Assembly (NCBI RefSeq): GCF_044704955.1
Contig: NC_091999.1
Span: 10,354,001 to 10,418,000 of the forward strand
Length of the DNA: 64,000 nucleotides
Reading direction: 5' to 3'
Origin: Pristiophorus japonicus
Taxonomy: Eukaryota
In this document: in pieces, positions 51,881-64,000 of the stretch
Numbering within the stretch: the stretch's first letter is position 1
Layout of the letters: the number at the start of each line of letters is the position of its first letter
Program-made: the position numbers and the translations under genes
The notes under the pieces: model-generated
Told to the model about the DNA's origin: nothing
Databases searched by the model: none
Seen by the model: the letters and a program-made list of their open reading frames with translations, nothing else

Positions 51881-52249
51881 GATCCAATTTGACTTCCTGA
51901 GGCGACAGAGGACAGAGCTCCCTAGAAGACAGCAAGGGCCAGCCAAAATGCCTTACACCAGTCCAAGTGCATGCCTACCCGCCGAATTACTTTACCCAGT
52001 CCAAGTGCATGCCTTCCCCAGCCGAAGTGCCTTACCCCAGTCCAAGTGCGTCCTTCCCCCAGCCAATGTGCTTTACCCTAGCACAAGTGCATCCTCCCGC
52101 CGCCCCGACCCCACCATAGATGGGGAATTGTGTACGCATTGTGAATAGGTTTATTGGCTATAAATTGAATAGTGACCGTGTCATGACTTCTGGATTCCAT
52201 CCACTCCAACGACGTCCCTTGTAGGTGGTTGGAAGTGCATGATCCGTCT

Positions 52250-52580
52250 TCTCTGAGTTTCCTTTCTCCCCTCCAGTCCCCCGGCACGCGTGGCTCTCCC
52301 TCCCCAAATATCTCTCTCAATCGCTCTCTCCTCCAGTCTCTCTCTCTCCCCAAGCGTCTCTCTCTCCCCGTCTCTCTCTCCACAGTGTGTCTCACACTCC
52401 TGTCAGCCTCTCTCTCATTCCTGCACCAGTATCTCTCTCTCTATCCCTCAGCCTCAATCTCTCACTCTCTCCCGGTCTCTCGCTCTGCCCCAGTCGATCT
52501 CTATCTCTCTCTCTCCCAGTCTCTTTCGGTCCCGCCAGTCTCTCTCTTCCACTCCCTCCACCCGTCTGTCTCTCTCTTGC
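52250..52580. repeat. CT-rich low-complexity tract
   Basis: Visible (CT)n-like sequence. Confidence 0.8.
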
Positions 52581-52839
52581 ACCCGCTTTCGGCCCCCCAC
52601 TGCTTCACTGCGAGCCGCCGCCGTGTTCGGCCCCCCGTCGCCACTCGCCGGCCCTCTCGGTCCCCCGTCCATCGCTCTCGGCCGCCCGCCGAGATCAGGT
52701 CCGCAATCTCGGGCCTTCCGTCCTGCATCTCCGCACCACGTGGAGTGAATGATTCGGGGACGGGTGCAGTGGTGAAGGTTGACAGATGCCCCACGTTGGG
52801 GGTTGGGGGGTGGGGGTGGGTGAAGGGGGGAGCTTGACA

Positions 52840-53760
52840 GATGCATGTCTGTCAAAATAAACTACAGTACAAATAGTTAAATTTTTTATCCAGCTTCTTT
52901 GGATTTTCCTTGATTTTACTTGCCTATATCTATCCAGATCTTCTCTTTGCTTTTTTAATTTCACTCTTGCACTTTCTATATTCCTGCAGGGATTCTGCAG
53001 TATTGAGCCCTCTATATCCGCCATAAATTTCCCTTTTGTTCCTTTTTATACCCTTTGTGCCCCTTGACATCCAGGGGGTCTGGATTTGTTTTCACACCAT
53101 TTTTCTTTAAGGGACAATACTTGTTCTGAACTCTCACTATCTCCTTCGTGAATATCTTCCATCGCCCTGACACTGATGTACCTTCAAGTAGATTTATCCA
53201 TTTCCCTTTAGCTAAATCACATCTCAGCTTTGATATAATGGTTTTTCACCAATTGGAAACCTTTATTTTTTGTCAATTTTTGTCCCTTTCCATAACTACC
53301 CGAAATCTCACTGATTATAATCACAACCATCAAAATGCACTCCCACTGATACCCCTTCCACCTGCCCAGCTTTATTCCCTGAAACTAAGTCCAGAACGCC
53401 ACCTCTTGTTGGGCTTGGTACATACTGGCTAAAAAGTTTCTCTTGAATCCATTTTAAGAATTCTGCTCCTTCTATACATCTCACAAAATTATATCCAAGT
53501 TAATATTAGGCTAGTTGAAATTTCCTACTATAACTGCCCTATTATTTTTGCATTTCTCAGATATTTGCATAAATATTTGCTCTTCTATCTCCTTCTGACT
53601 GTTTTGGGAGTCTACAGTACACTCCCAGCGGTGTGATTGGCGCACTGTTTTTTCAGTTGAACCCATATGGCCTCATTTGATGATCCTTCTAACATATGAC
53701 CCCCTCATCGCCACTGTAATTGCTGCTTTAATTAATATTACGACACCCTCCGCTTTTATA
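52840..53760 (-). mobile_element. CR1 endonuclease-region remnant
   Basis: Similar to 46300-47150. Confidence 0.7.
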
Positions 53761-54349
53761 AGTTGAAAGAAATGCATTTCTGCATTCGTTTGTTCGGCCT
53801 CCTATCTTGCCTTGCAAAAATCCGCCTTATTTTTGCGCTTTTTTCTCGATACACCATAACACACACAACCTGCTTTGTGCGCTCTCTGTACTAGTACAGA
53901 TCGGGGTTACTGGACCTTGTTGTTTAGCGGCAGTCTATTTTCACAATACCCCTTCAGTCACATGGAGCACATTCTAAGTCTGTGGCACCGAATCTGCCTG
54001 AATCTCCATGAAATAAAAGTTAACTTTGAATACATTACTGAGTTAGAACGTTTATTAACATAACATTAGTGCAAACAGATACAAGGCATAGCCATCTCTA
54101 CCCAACACAGCCACAATATAACGAGGTGACGGCATGACATCTGCTCTATTAGACCTATACCTAAAACCCCTTGGACCAGATGTTCTATTTCCCCTTGCAG
54201 TAATTTATACTGATAAAGTGAGCAACTCTTCGATAGGAAAGTGTAACAAAAGGTGAGGAAGTATCTAATGCAATGCCTTTTCTGGTAATATGAATCGAAT
54301 ATTTTAACTGGGTAACATCATTTCAAATATTCCACTACTTCAGTTCACT

Positions 54350-54700
54350 TTCTGCTGAAACCCTCCTCTGTGTCTTTGGTATGTCTAGACTCGACTATTT
54401 CAATTCACTTCGCGCCGACTTCTCATCTTGCACCCTCAGGAATCTTGAGCGCGTTGAAAACTCGTCAGCCCATCTCCTAACTCCCTCCAGAGCACTTTCA
54501 CCCATCACACCTGTGCTCACTGACCTGCATTAACTGTTGATCCGACAACGCCGAGATTGTAAAATTCTCAACCTTGTTTTCAAATCGCCCCATGGCCTCG
54601 CCTCTCCCTATCTCTGTAATCTCCACCAGCCTCACCACATTCCGGGATCTCACACTGCTGCGGGACTCCTGCTGGAAATATAAGCAGATTAAATGCGTTT
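54350..54700 (+). mobile_element. L2-like LINE 3' fragment
   Basis: CCCATCACACCTGTGCTCACTGACCTGCATT, similar to ~21510. Confidence 0.6.
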
Positions 54701-55299
54701 GATCCACAATTACAGGTGAGAAATGCCCCCAAACAACCCAAATGCCGAATAAACGCATTGTCGCCGTGCACTCTGTAAAAGTGGTGTTGGATATTTGAAA
54801 ACACTCGTTCTAATCCCCACTCTCAGTTATCTGCTGTCGGATATCGGGATTCTACCACGTCACTCCCTTGTGTCCCCAGGGTGTCGTGAGACTGTAGGTG
54901 GTGAGCTGGCTGTCAGTGAATGGAAATACACCAAGCTAGGCCACAGTCAGTGCCCTGACAGGGAAATGGTTCCGCTTTCAGAGACTGGGGTGGGAATGAC
55001 ATCTTTCTGTTTAGTGTAACCGGGAAACATGAGGTTGTTAAAGGTGACAGAAAATATTGCAGCAGGAGAGACAATCTGAAGGAAAATGGACATTGGGGGA
55101 ACTCTGAGTGTGGGGCGTGTTTTAAAGGGCACAATCACTGCCTTGTGAATTCTGTTCATTTTGTATAAACTCTCTCTGACCCAGCAACATATTGATCAAA
55201 TAAGCCTTGTGTACAAGCCGCGATCAAAGGGTGCGTGAAAATTACAATGGAGATGTGTAAACGGCTGCACACTATTACAGGCAGGCATGGAAAAGTCTT

Positions 55300-55605
55300 T
55301 TGTATGACATATTCAACCGAGGCCCAGCCTGCTCTCTCAGGTGGATGTAAAATATCCAATGGCATTCTTCGAAGAAGAGCAAGAGAGTTATACCTGGAGT
55401 GCTGACCAATATGTATACCTCAACCTGCATCACTAAAGCAGATTATTATCATTATCTGGATGCTTTTAGTGTGAGCTTGCTGTGCGCTGAATGACTGCCG
55501 CGTTTCCTACATTACAACAGTGACTATGGTTCAAAATGTATTTCATTGGCTGTAAAACGCTTTGGGATGTCCGGCATCGTGAATGGTGTTATACAAATGA
55601 AAGTG
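55300..55605 (+). mobile_element. SINE copy
   Basis: Reverse complement of the 14190/32790 family core (CTCTCTCAGGTGGATGTAAAA, ACATTACAACAGTGACTA). Confidence 0.7.
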
Positions 55606-55833
55606 TTAGATTTTTTTTACCTGTGAAAGGGGAGTAAATACTCCACAGACACGATTGCGAAAGTTAACTTTATTATAAATACGAGGTGAATTCACGAACT
55701 AATATAATTGCACAAGCCGACCTGTCCTGTGCTTGTTGAGTGTTGTGTTTTTTGCTGTCATTCAGGAAGTTGAATTATTGTTTATGGGTGGAAGAGCGCT
55801 CTCTGGTGAACACTAACTGGAACTCGTAGTGTG

Positions 55834-56311
55834 CGTTTTTGTTCGGGATCCGCTACATCTCCTCAGCAGTGTGGGCTCCAAGGCACAGAAATACACGGCG
55901 GTGTCGGTGATAAGAGCTCCGGTGATATTTAACGGAACCATTTTGTTGTCTCTGAGGAAAACAGCAAAGAACCTGTCTATTAAAACTGGAGAGTGATTTC
56001 CCATCCCCGAGCTATATCTCCTCAGTAATTATCTTGGAGCTTTCACGGGATACTGGATGTACCAGAAGAGAGTTGGGGCTTTGCATGTTGTCGACTAACT
56101 ACAGTTCATTATTATGGTCTGCCCTTCCTGTACCATTAAATGAGGCGGATCCTGGGACACTGAATCTTTACCACTCGTTCCAGGAACAAAATGCATAATG
56201 TGTTAAAAGTCTCGGATTGAATATAACCCATGGGACACGCACCGGCCGTTTAATCATTGACATGCCGCCAGCACGGTCATTATTATCAGTAAGGAACCAG
56301 GGAGAGCACAT
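55834..56311 (-). pseudogene. TCR V pseudogene
   Basis: Frameshifted leader with lost splice sites; KDSVSQDP..MNCS*..LFWYIQYP..DTAVYFCALEP; CACACTG-24-ACAAAAACG. Confidence 0.92.
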
Positions 56312-58807
56312 GATGCCTAGTTTCGAGTTTGACAGCAAAGAGCGGAATGTTTTAAATATGTTGACACTTTTAGTGTGATATTAAATAGTGAATTCAGATC
56401 GGCGCAAGCTTTATTTATTGGGAAACTGAGGTGTGTTTCGCATTGACAGGATTCGCAGGTCTGTCAAAGCTGATGACAGTTTTGCACTAATCCTTATTAG
56501 TTGGCGACCACTTACTTTCCCTGCCTGTTTCCCTTTCTGTCTCTCTGGCTTTCACTGCGTCTCTGTCTCTCTTTTTGCCTCTGTGTCTATCTGTCTGTTC
56601 GTCTGTCTCTCCCTGTCATTAGTTCTGTCTCTCTCTCTCCCTATCGTATTCCATAAAGATACCGCGTGTAGAAACCTATTTGACTCAATCTTTCTTTTCA
56701 ACACAACAAAATGCTCAATTAATAGATGCAGTTATAATCGAAAATAGACGATAACCGAGGCTCACGAACATGTTTAAAATGGCCGCGGATACTTTAGAAA
56801 TCCCACAATATATTAGACAGGTGTGAAACATGATACAAATCTGCATCCTCTGTATGTGGTGCGGTACCTCAGAGTTGGAATTGGTGTGTTTTCATATTGT
56901 TTTGAGTGAGGTTCATTCATGAGTCATGTCTTGGGCATTGCAAATGCACAATGGATAGCAGCAGGATTCAGACTGAAGTTGTCATTAACACCGTGTCGAT
57001 ACATATCTGCATTATATTGTATAATAATAAAACAAGATGAATATGACAGCATGAAGCAACAACATCCATCAGCAAATTGATAATTCAAAGATTTCTCAGG
57101 CAGAGGTAAATATAAACTTCACATCGCCACCAGAAAGAGCGCCCTTAACGTGTTTGCCTGTTAACTGCTGCTGATTAATCACACAATCACATGGTACTTG
57201 TGGATGAGGAACACCGTTCGACCCAGAATAATTTATCCTTCCTGAATCCACTCACCCTAATTTCCTTCATTTATTACAAAATAATTTCTTGATGTTGGAC
57301 TTTGTCACTTTGTCCATTTCAAGTGAAGATCGCTCTCTGTGCGACCCCCGATCTCTTCATCTCATTTCGAAAGTTACCTCTTACTAGTTTGAACCTGGAT
57401 ATACTTGTCCTAATGCCACTGTATTAATTAAGCCATTTCCCGGATTAACAATTTTCTATATAACGTTTTACCGTACATATTTATGTAATTTGTTGTTTTC
57501 GCTGGAATTCATAGACATTGCTTCTCTCACTCTCTCTCTCTCTCTGCTGCTCTCACTTTCACTCTCTGTTTCTCACAGTCTCTACATCTGTTTCTCTCGC
57601 TGCCTCTACATCTGTTTCTCTCGCTGTCTCTATAGTTTATTCACACTCTTTTTCTCTTTCTGAACCTATCATTGTCCCTTTATTAGTTTCTCTCCGTTTT
57701 ATAGTCCGTGTTGCTGCAACTGTTTACCTCTCCCTTTCTTTCCCACCGCTTCTCCCACTGATCTTATCATCTGTCCCACAGTTGTCTTCCTGTAATTTCA
57801 TCTATTTCCCTCCGCATCTCTCTCTCATTTTTCTCACTTTCTCTGTATTTTTCTCTATCCGTCTCCCCCTTTCTTTCTCTCCCTGTTTAACTCCCTGTAG
57901 ATTTCCCTGTCTTTCATTTTCCGGGAAATCCTCTGTCGATGCATAAATATAGATAGGGCCCGACTGCAAACCTGATCCAACAAATGCCAAACAGGGAACA
58001 GCAGAATCAATAGCACAGGTCTACAAAGAAGAGTCAGAAAGAGAGCAGCAAATATCTGCCTTGCGCGCTGCTGCCGCTGAAACAAAATTGAGTGAATTCA
58101 AGGCTTTGTTTAACTGCACAAACCGCGCAAAACCGCTCAGCTGCAGGGCGATGGTGGGGTCGAGAGGTCTGTGGCCTAACTGCTTCTGCTTACTGAGCAA
58201 GTGACAGGGAATTAGCAGAGTTGGAGGGAAAAGAAGCGATTGCAGATCTTCAGAAATAATGAGTACGTTTAAGCAGCTCCAATCTACGGTGGTGAAACAA
58301 AATATCTGGCACATATGTTTTTATAGATAATCAACAAACCCGAAGTCCCCTCAATGCACTTATTCGGGAAAAAATTACGCCAGCAGAGAGCGCCATTATC
58401 AAACGTGATCATTGGAAAGTTACGTGATGCAAACACCAGTGGCACAGTGATCGAAGCCTGAGTGATATCACAATGGGGCTGCCCCCTGCAGTGAATGGGT
58501 GGAGCAATGGAATAGGCCCCGATTTACTTGTCGTCTTCTCAATCTCTGCCTCATTCAATTCAAATTCGTTGCGACATGTTGCGAATAATCCTGGCGACTG
58601 TGTTGGACCGTAATGTTGCATTATATTAAACAACACAGGTTAACTGATTGATTCAAAGGGCTTGTGCTGGGACTCGGTGCAATTATAACCACAAATATTA
58701 ATATGGTGGTCAGCTGGGTAGATGGGAGAATAAACGCACTGATACAGATTGGCGCAAGTTTAGATCGCTGCTGGTTAACTTCCTGTTCTTTTACTGCCTA
58801 ATCTTCA

Positions 58808-59130
58808 CATAGAAACAAAGAAACATAGAGAATATGTGCAGGAGTAGGCCATTCGGCCGTTCGACCCTGCAACATCATGCAATATGATCATGGCTGATCA
58901 TGCACTTCAGTACCCGGGTCCTGCTTTCTCTCCGTACCCCTTGATTTCTTTAACCAGAAGGGCCACATCTAACTCCCCCTTGAATATATCTAACGAACTG
59001 GCCTCAACATCTTTCTGTCGTAGAAAATTCCACATGCTCACAACTCTCTGAATGAAAAAGTTTCTCGTCATCTCGGTCCTAAATGGCTTACCCCTTATCC
59101 TTAGACTGTGACTCCTGGTTCTGGACTTTG
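58808..59130 (-). mobile_element. CR1 3' end
   Basis: Same tail and 3' sequence as the 6170 copy. Confidence 0.85.
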
Positions 59131-59835
59131 ACAGGCGGACTTTGTAAAGATCCAGTAACTTTGTTTCTGTGAACAATTGTCAGCAGTGGGTTCGGTGCAG
59201 TTAGATTGTGAATGTGCATCTCTGGATAATTATTACATGGAATCGTATCGGGAGAACCTGACGCAGCCTCCAAGCTAAACAATTACCAAAGTAGCAGCAC
59301 TGAAGGGTGTCGAAAGCTCAGCCGGCTGCTAACATCTCTGCAAAGTAAGGTGAGCTCAAGATAAGTGGACTGAGTGTGGAGATTGGGGGAACTCTGTGCT
59401 TGGGGCTTGTTTTAAAGATCACAGTCATGACCTTGTGAAATCTGTTGATTGTGTATAAACAGACTCCGAACCAGCAACATACTCTTATCAAATCGCCCTT
59501 GTGTACAGATCCCGATCACTGGGTCCGGGAAACTAACAGGGGAGATGTGTAAAGAGATGCACAATACTGGAGGCAGGTACCGAAACAGCATCAAAGGACA
59601 AAGGGTAAATTAAGGCGACAGAAATGGATTTGTGACTTTCATTTTTAGTATAAATACGAGTGTAAATCCATTAATAAAATTATCCAAGTGGACTTCACAT
59701 GTTCTTGTTCAGAGTTCTGTTTTGTCACCATTTTAAGAAGGTCCCTGTGACTGTCACTGTGGAGGCTATATTTTCGCTTCTGTTTAGCAGTGTGAGGGCG
59801 CCCTCTGGTGAGTACTGACTTGAAATCTCAGTATG

Positions 59836-60307
59836 GGTTTTTGTACGGGGTCCGTTATATCTCTGCTACAGTGTGGGCTTCATGGCACAGAAATACACGG
59901 CGGAATCGGAGACTAGCGTCCCGGCGATATTTAAAGGTATCGTTTTATTTATTGTGTTCATAGCAGCAGAGACTCTGTTTGGTAAACCTGGAGACTTGTC
60001 TCCGGCTTCTGAGCTATATCTCTTCAGTAAATATCTCGGAGCTTCCCCGGGATATTGGACGTACCAGAACAGAGTTGAACCAGCTGTGAGTAACTGCAGC
60101 TCAGCACTATGTTTCGCCCTTCCTGAACCGTCAATTGAGACGGATTCTGGAGCACGGTATCTTTGCCATTGATTCCTGTAACAAATCAGAGAATGTATCA
60201 AACGTTGTGCGAGTGAATATAACCCATGGAACACAAACTTGCCATTTAACCATAGACTCACCGGGCAACACGAACATTATTATTACTAAGAAACGTGTGG
60301 AGCACAT
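59836..60307 (-). pseudogene. TCR V with a single frameshift in CDR1 (leader 60262-60307, V exon 59876-60175, RSS 59836-59875)
   Basis: MCSTRFLVIIMFVLP/GTGAGT; KDTVLQNPSQLTVQEGRNIVLSCSY then frame shift to TAGSTLFWYVQYP..DSAVYFCAMKP; CACACTG-24-ACAAAAACC. Confidence 0.92.
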
Positions 60308-60559
60308 GGTGGATTGTAGAGAGTTCGACAGAAAATACAGAATTCTAATCGTTTCTTAAGGATTAAACGTAGATCAGGCGCAGACTTCACTGATTGGGAG
60401 ACTGAGGGGCGTTTCCCAAGGGACAGGATTGGTTATTCTCTCAGAACCGAAAATAGTGTGCACCAATCAGTTGTGGACCAATTAGTTTCTCTGCCTGTTT
60501 GTCATCCTGTCTCTGTTTTTCTCGGTGTCTACACCTCTCTCTTTGTTTCGGCGATGTTA

Positions 60560-61785
60560 AGGGAAGGCCGTGTCTGACTAAATTGATTGAATTTTTTAAA
60601 GAGGTAACAAGGAGGGTAGATGAAACAGTGTGTTTTTTGTCGTCTGCATGAATTTTAGCAAGGATTTTGACACGTGGCAGGCTAAACTAAAAATTAATGC
60701 CCCATCGGATCCAAGGGACAGTGGCAAATTGGATCAAAACGTTGACTCAGTGGCAGGGTGCAAAGTATAATAGTTGACGGCAGTTTTTGCGCATGTAAGG
60801 CTGGTTCCAGTAGGGCTCCACGGGGCTCAGTGCTCGGTCCTTGCTGTATGTAATATATATTAATGAATTATACCTAAAAAGGGGGCATGATAAAGAGATA
60901 TGCAGATATTACAACATTTTCCGTGTGCTTAACAATGAGGTGGAAAGCATGTCGGAATATTGCGATGGGCTGGTCAGTTGGGCAGAAAAATGGAAAATGG
61001 AACTCATTCAGGAGAAATGTGAGGTAATGCTATCGGAGTGGTGCAACAATACATTCGAATACATAACAAATGTAAGGACACCGTGAGGTGTGGAGGAACG
61101 ATTGGACCTTGGAGTGTTGGTTCACAGATCATGAAAGTGTGCAGGACAGGCAGATAATGTAATTAAAACGGCAAATGGAATGTTTTCCTTTATTTGCTGA
61201 TGCATAGAGGAAAAGAGCTAGAACTTTATACAATTAACCCACAGCTTGAATACTGCATACAGATCTGGTCACCACATCACAGGAAAGATGTGATTGCACT
61301 AGACAGCGTACAGAGGAGATCTAAATGATGTCGCCAGGACTGCAACATTTTAGTTATGGGAAAAATTGGATAGGCTGGGGATGTTTTCTTTGGACCAGAG
61401 GAGGCTGTAAGGAGATTTAATTGAGGTTTACAGAATTATGAGGGTCCTAGAAACAGCTGATAGCAAAGATCTATTTCCCTCAGCAGAGGGTTCAATAATC
61501 TGGGGGCATAGGGAGACAGTCGTTGGTGGAAGGAGTAGACAGGAGATGAGGAAAAACAAATTCACTTAATGTTTGGTGAGGGTCTATAACTCACTGCTGG
61601 AAAGGGTGGTAAAAGCAGAAACCCTCATCGCATTTGAGACATACTTGGATTTTCACTTACAGTGCCGTGACTTGCAGGGCTACGTACACTATGCTGGAAA
61701 TTGGGAATCGGCGGGATCACTCTTTGTCAGCACGATGGGTCGAATGGCCGCCCTTGTATGTCGTAATTTATGATTCTATGATTCT
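60560..61785 (+). mobile_element. Decayed CR1 LINE
   Basis: PRGSVLGPLLYVIYINEL, EKCEVM; TATGATTC tail. Confidence 0.85.
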
Positions 61786-62489
61786 AACGTGTCTGCCTGT
61801 GTGATTCTTTCCTTCGTCCGACCGCCATTTCTCCCTGCCGTTTTGCAATTTGCCTGAATCCCTGTTTCAACACAACAAGGTGCTCCGTTGACAGTACCAG
61901 TTATAATATATAAAATATAACTGATGGTCAGTGACATATTTAAAATAGCAGCCATTCCAGCAGGATCCAAACATTTATTCATTAAGCAGGAATCATGAGA
62001 CGGGTCTACATCCTCTGTATGTGGCGTGATTCATCAGATGTGGAATCTGTGTGTTTTCATGTTGTTTGGTCCGAGCATCATTCATCAGTTGTGTCTTGGA
62101 TCTTAAAATAAATAAAGGGAACACAGACAGACACGATTTAAGCTGAAGTTCCATTAACACTGGGTAAATGTATTTCTGCATTAAAGTGTATAATAATAAT
62201 GGCAATAAGAATAGCAAGACAAATGAGACATAATCTTCCAACAACATCCATCGGTAATTCGAGAATTCCTTGTTTTCCCTGGTTGCTTACTGTTTAGCTC
62301 ACATCGCCACCAGAGGGAGCTCCGGCATCTGCCTGCGGCTTCACTGCAGCAAATCAATTGCAAGGTCACAAGCTCGTTTCGGATGAGGAATGCCATTTGT
62401 CCGATCATATTCTTCCAGTAATTCGACACCCTAAAATATGCTTTTGTTGTTAAGTGAGAGGCTTACGAATCTTGATATGAAATGGGATT

Positions 62490-63705
62490 CGAACATAAAT
62501 CACAGAAAGTTAACATGCAGTTCCAGCAAGCCCTTTTGAAGACAAATGATATATTAAAGTTTATTGCACGGCATTAGAGGATACGGGTTAGGAAGCCTTG
62601 CTGCAATTAAATAGATTTTTGATGAGATCACACCACGAGTACTGTGTTCAGTTTTGTTCTTATCACAGGAAGGATGTGCTTGCCATACAATCAACGAAGG
62701 TTCCCTTGATATATTCCTGAAAAGAAAAGATGTCTCTTTGAGCAGAGATTTCGTGGAATCGGTCTACATTCTCTGCTATTTAGAAGAATGAAAAGTGATC
62801 TCATTGAAATGTATGAAACTTTTAGAGGGCTTGGCAGGACAGCTGCTGAGATGTTGTTTCCCTGCCTGGAGAATTTGGAACTAGGTTCGTAAGAACATAA
62901 GAACATAATAAATATGAGCAGGATTAGGCCATTTGACACCTCGAGCCTGCTCCGCCATACAAAAGCTAAGGCTGATTAAATCAGGGGCTCAGCTCCACTT
63001 TCCTGCCCTGTCCCCATAACGCTTTACTCCCTTATCACCCAAAAATCTGACTATCCCCGCCTTAAATATATTCTATGACCCAGCTTCCACGGCTTTCTGG
63101 GGCAGAGAATTCCACAGCTTTACAACCCTCTGAGAGGATAAATTCCTCCTCATCTCAGTTTTAAATGGGCCACACCTTATTCTGAATCTATGTCCCCTAG
63201 TTCTAGTTTCGCGCATGAATGGAAATATCCTCTCTGCATCTACCTTGTTATCTTCTATGTTTCAAGAAGCTCACCTCTCATTAATTTGAACTCCAATGAG
63301 TATAAGCCTAACCTACTCAACCTTTCTTCATAAGTCAACTCCTTCATCTCAGGAATCTCGTGAACCTTGTGTAAACTCCCTCCAATGCAAGTATATCCCT
63401 CATGAAATAAGGAAACCAACACTGTACGTAGTGCTCTCGGTGTGGCCTCACCAATAACCTATACAGTTGTAGCTGGACTTCTCCGCATTTGTACTCCAAC
63501 CCCTTGCAATAAATGTCAGCGTTCCATTTGCCTTCCAGATTATTTGCGGTACCTGCATACTAACTGTTTATGTTTCATGCACAAGGACCACCATGTCCTC
63601 TGTAATGCTAGATTTTGTAATTTTCTCCATTTAAATAATAATTTGCTTGTTTATAATTTCTGCCAAAGTGGATATACTTACATTTTCCCACATATACCCC
63701 ATAAT
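62490..63705. mobile_element. Two tail-to-tail CR1 fragments (plus ~62490-62890; minus ~62895-63705)
   Basis: RRMKSDLIEMY on plus; (AAGAACAT)n tail and RT C-terminus on minus. Confidence 0.75.
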
Positions 63706-64000
63706 CTCAGGCTATTCATGGATCCAGGAACAGTATCCTCACAAGGGTGAGGGGGGTTGCTAGTGCTGATGGAGAGGGGTTAAACAAGCTTGGCAGAGGG
63801 ATGGGAATCTGAGTGTAGATTCAGAATGGAGCTGAGCACCGCTGGAAATGGATAGCAGCAAATTTGAAAGTGAATTTAAAGGCAGAGGAAACAAAGGCTG
63901 GAAAATAAATGGAGATTGCCAATGCTCAAGGATGTATAGTCAAAGCAACGAGTGCAAGAAATAATGCAGATGTGATGAAAGCACAGAGAGACACTCTAGG

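Noticed and set aside
52229-52855. Long Ser/Leu/Pro-rich ORFs
   Set aside because: Arise from CT-rich and GC-rich low-complexity sequence, open in several frames on both strands.

Overview
Eukaryotic genomic DNA from a cartilaginous fish (shark-type CR1 LINEs/SINEs): part of the V region of a T-cell receptor alpha/delta locus. It holds about 13 V segments or relics in mixed orientation, mostly pseudogenes. One conventional V (29509-30000) is apparently fully functional, and one has an intact V exon but a non-canonical leader (13612-14018). The minus strand carries a complete NAR-TCR cassette: an IgNAR-like V with leader, one D with 12/12 RSS, and one J that splices to a leaderless supporting V-delta carrying the extra Cys. 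The left edge is the 5' part of an apparently intact endogenous retrovirus (LTR, tRNA-Ser PBS, gag, UAG read-through, protease) with a 2H-phosphoesterase-like domain after the protease. Much of the remainder is nested, decayed non-LTR retrotransposons, plus an older ERV remnant and a solo LTR. The least-explained signals are a tandem array of RSS copies behind the supporting V-delta, three V genes sharing a 24-nt-spacer RSS followed at a fixed distance by a CTCF-like motif, and a ~60-bp minisatellite carrying CTCF-like motifs. Everything was read by eye; TE boundaries and family assignments are approximate.
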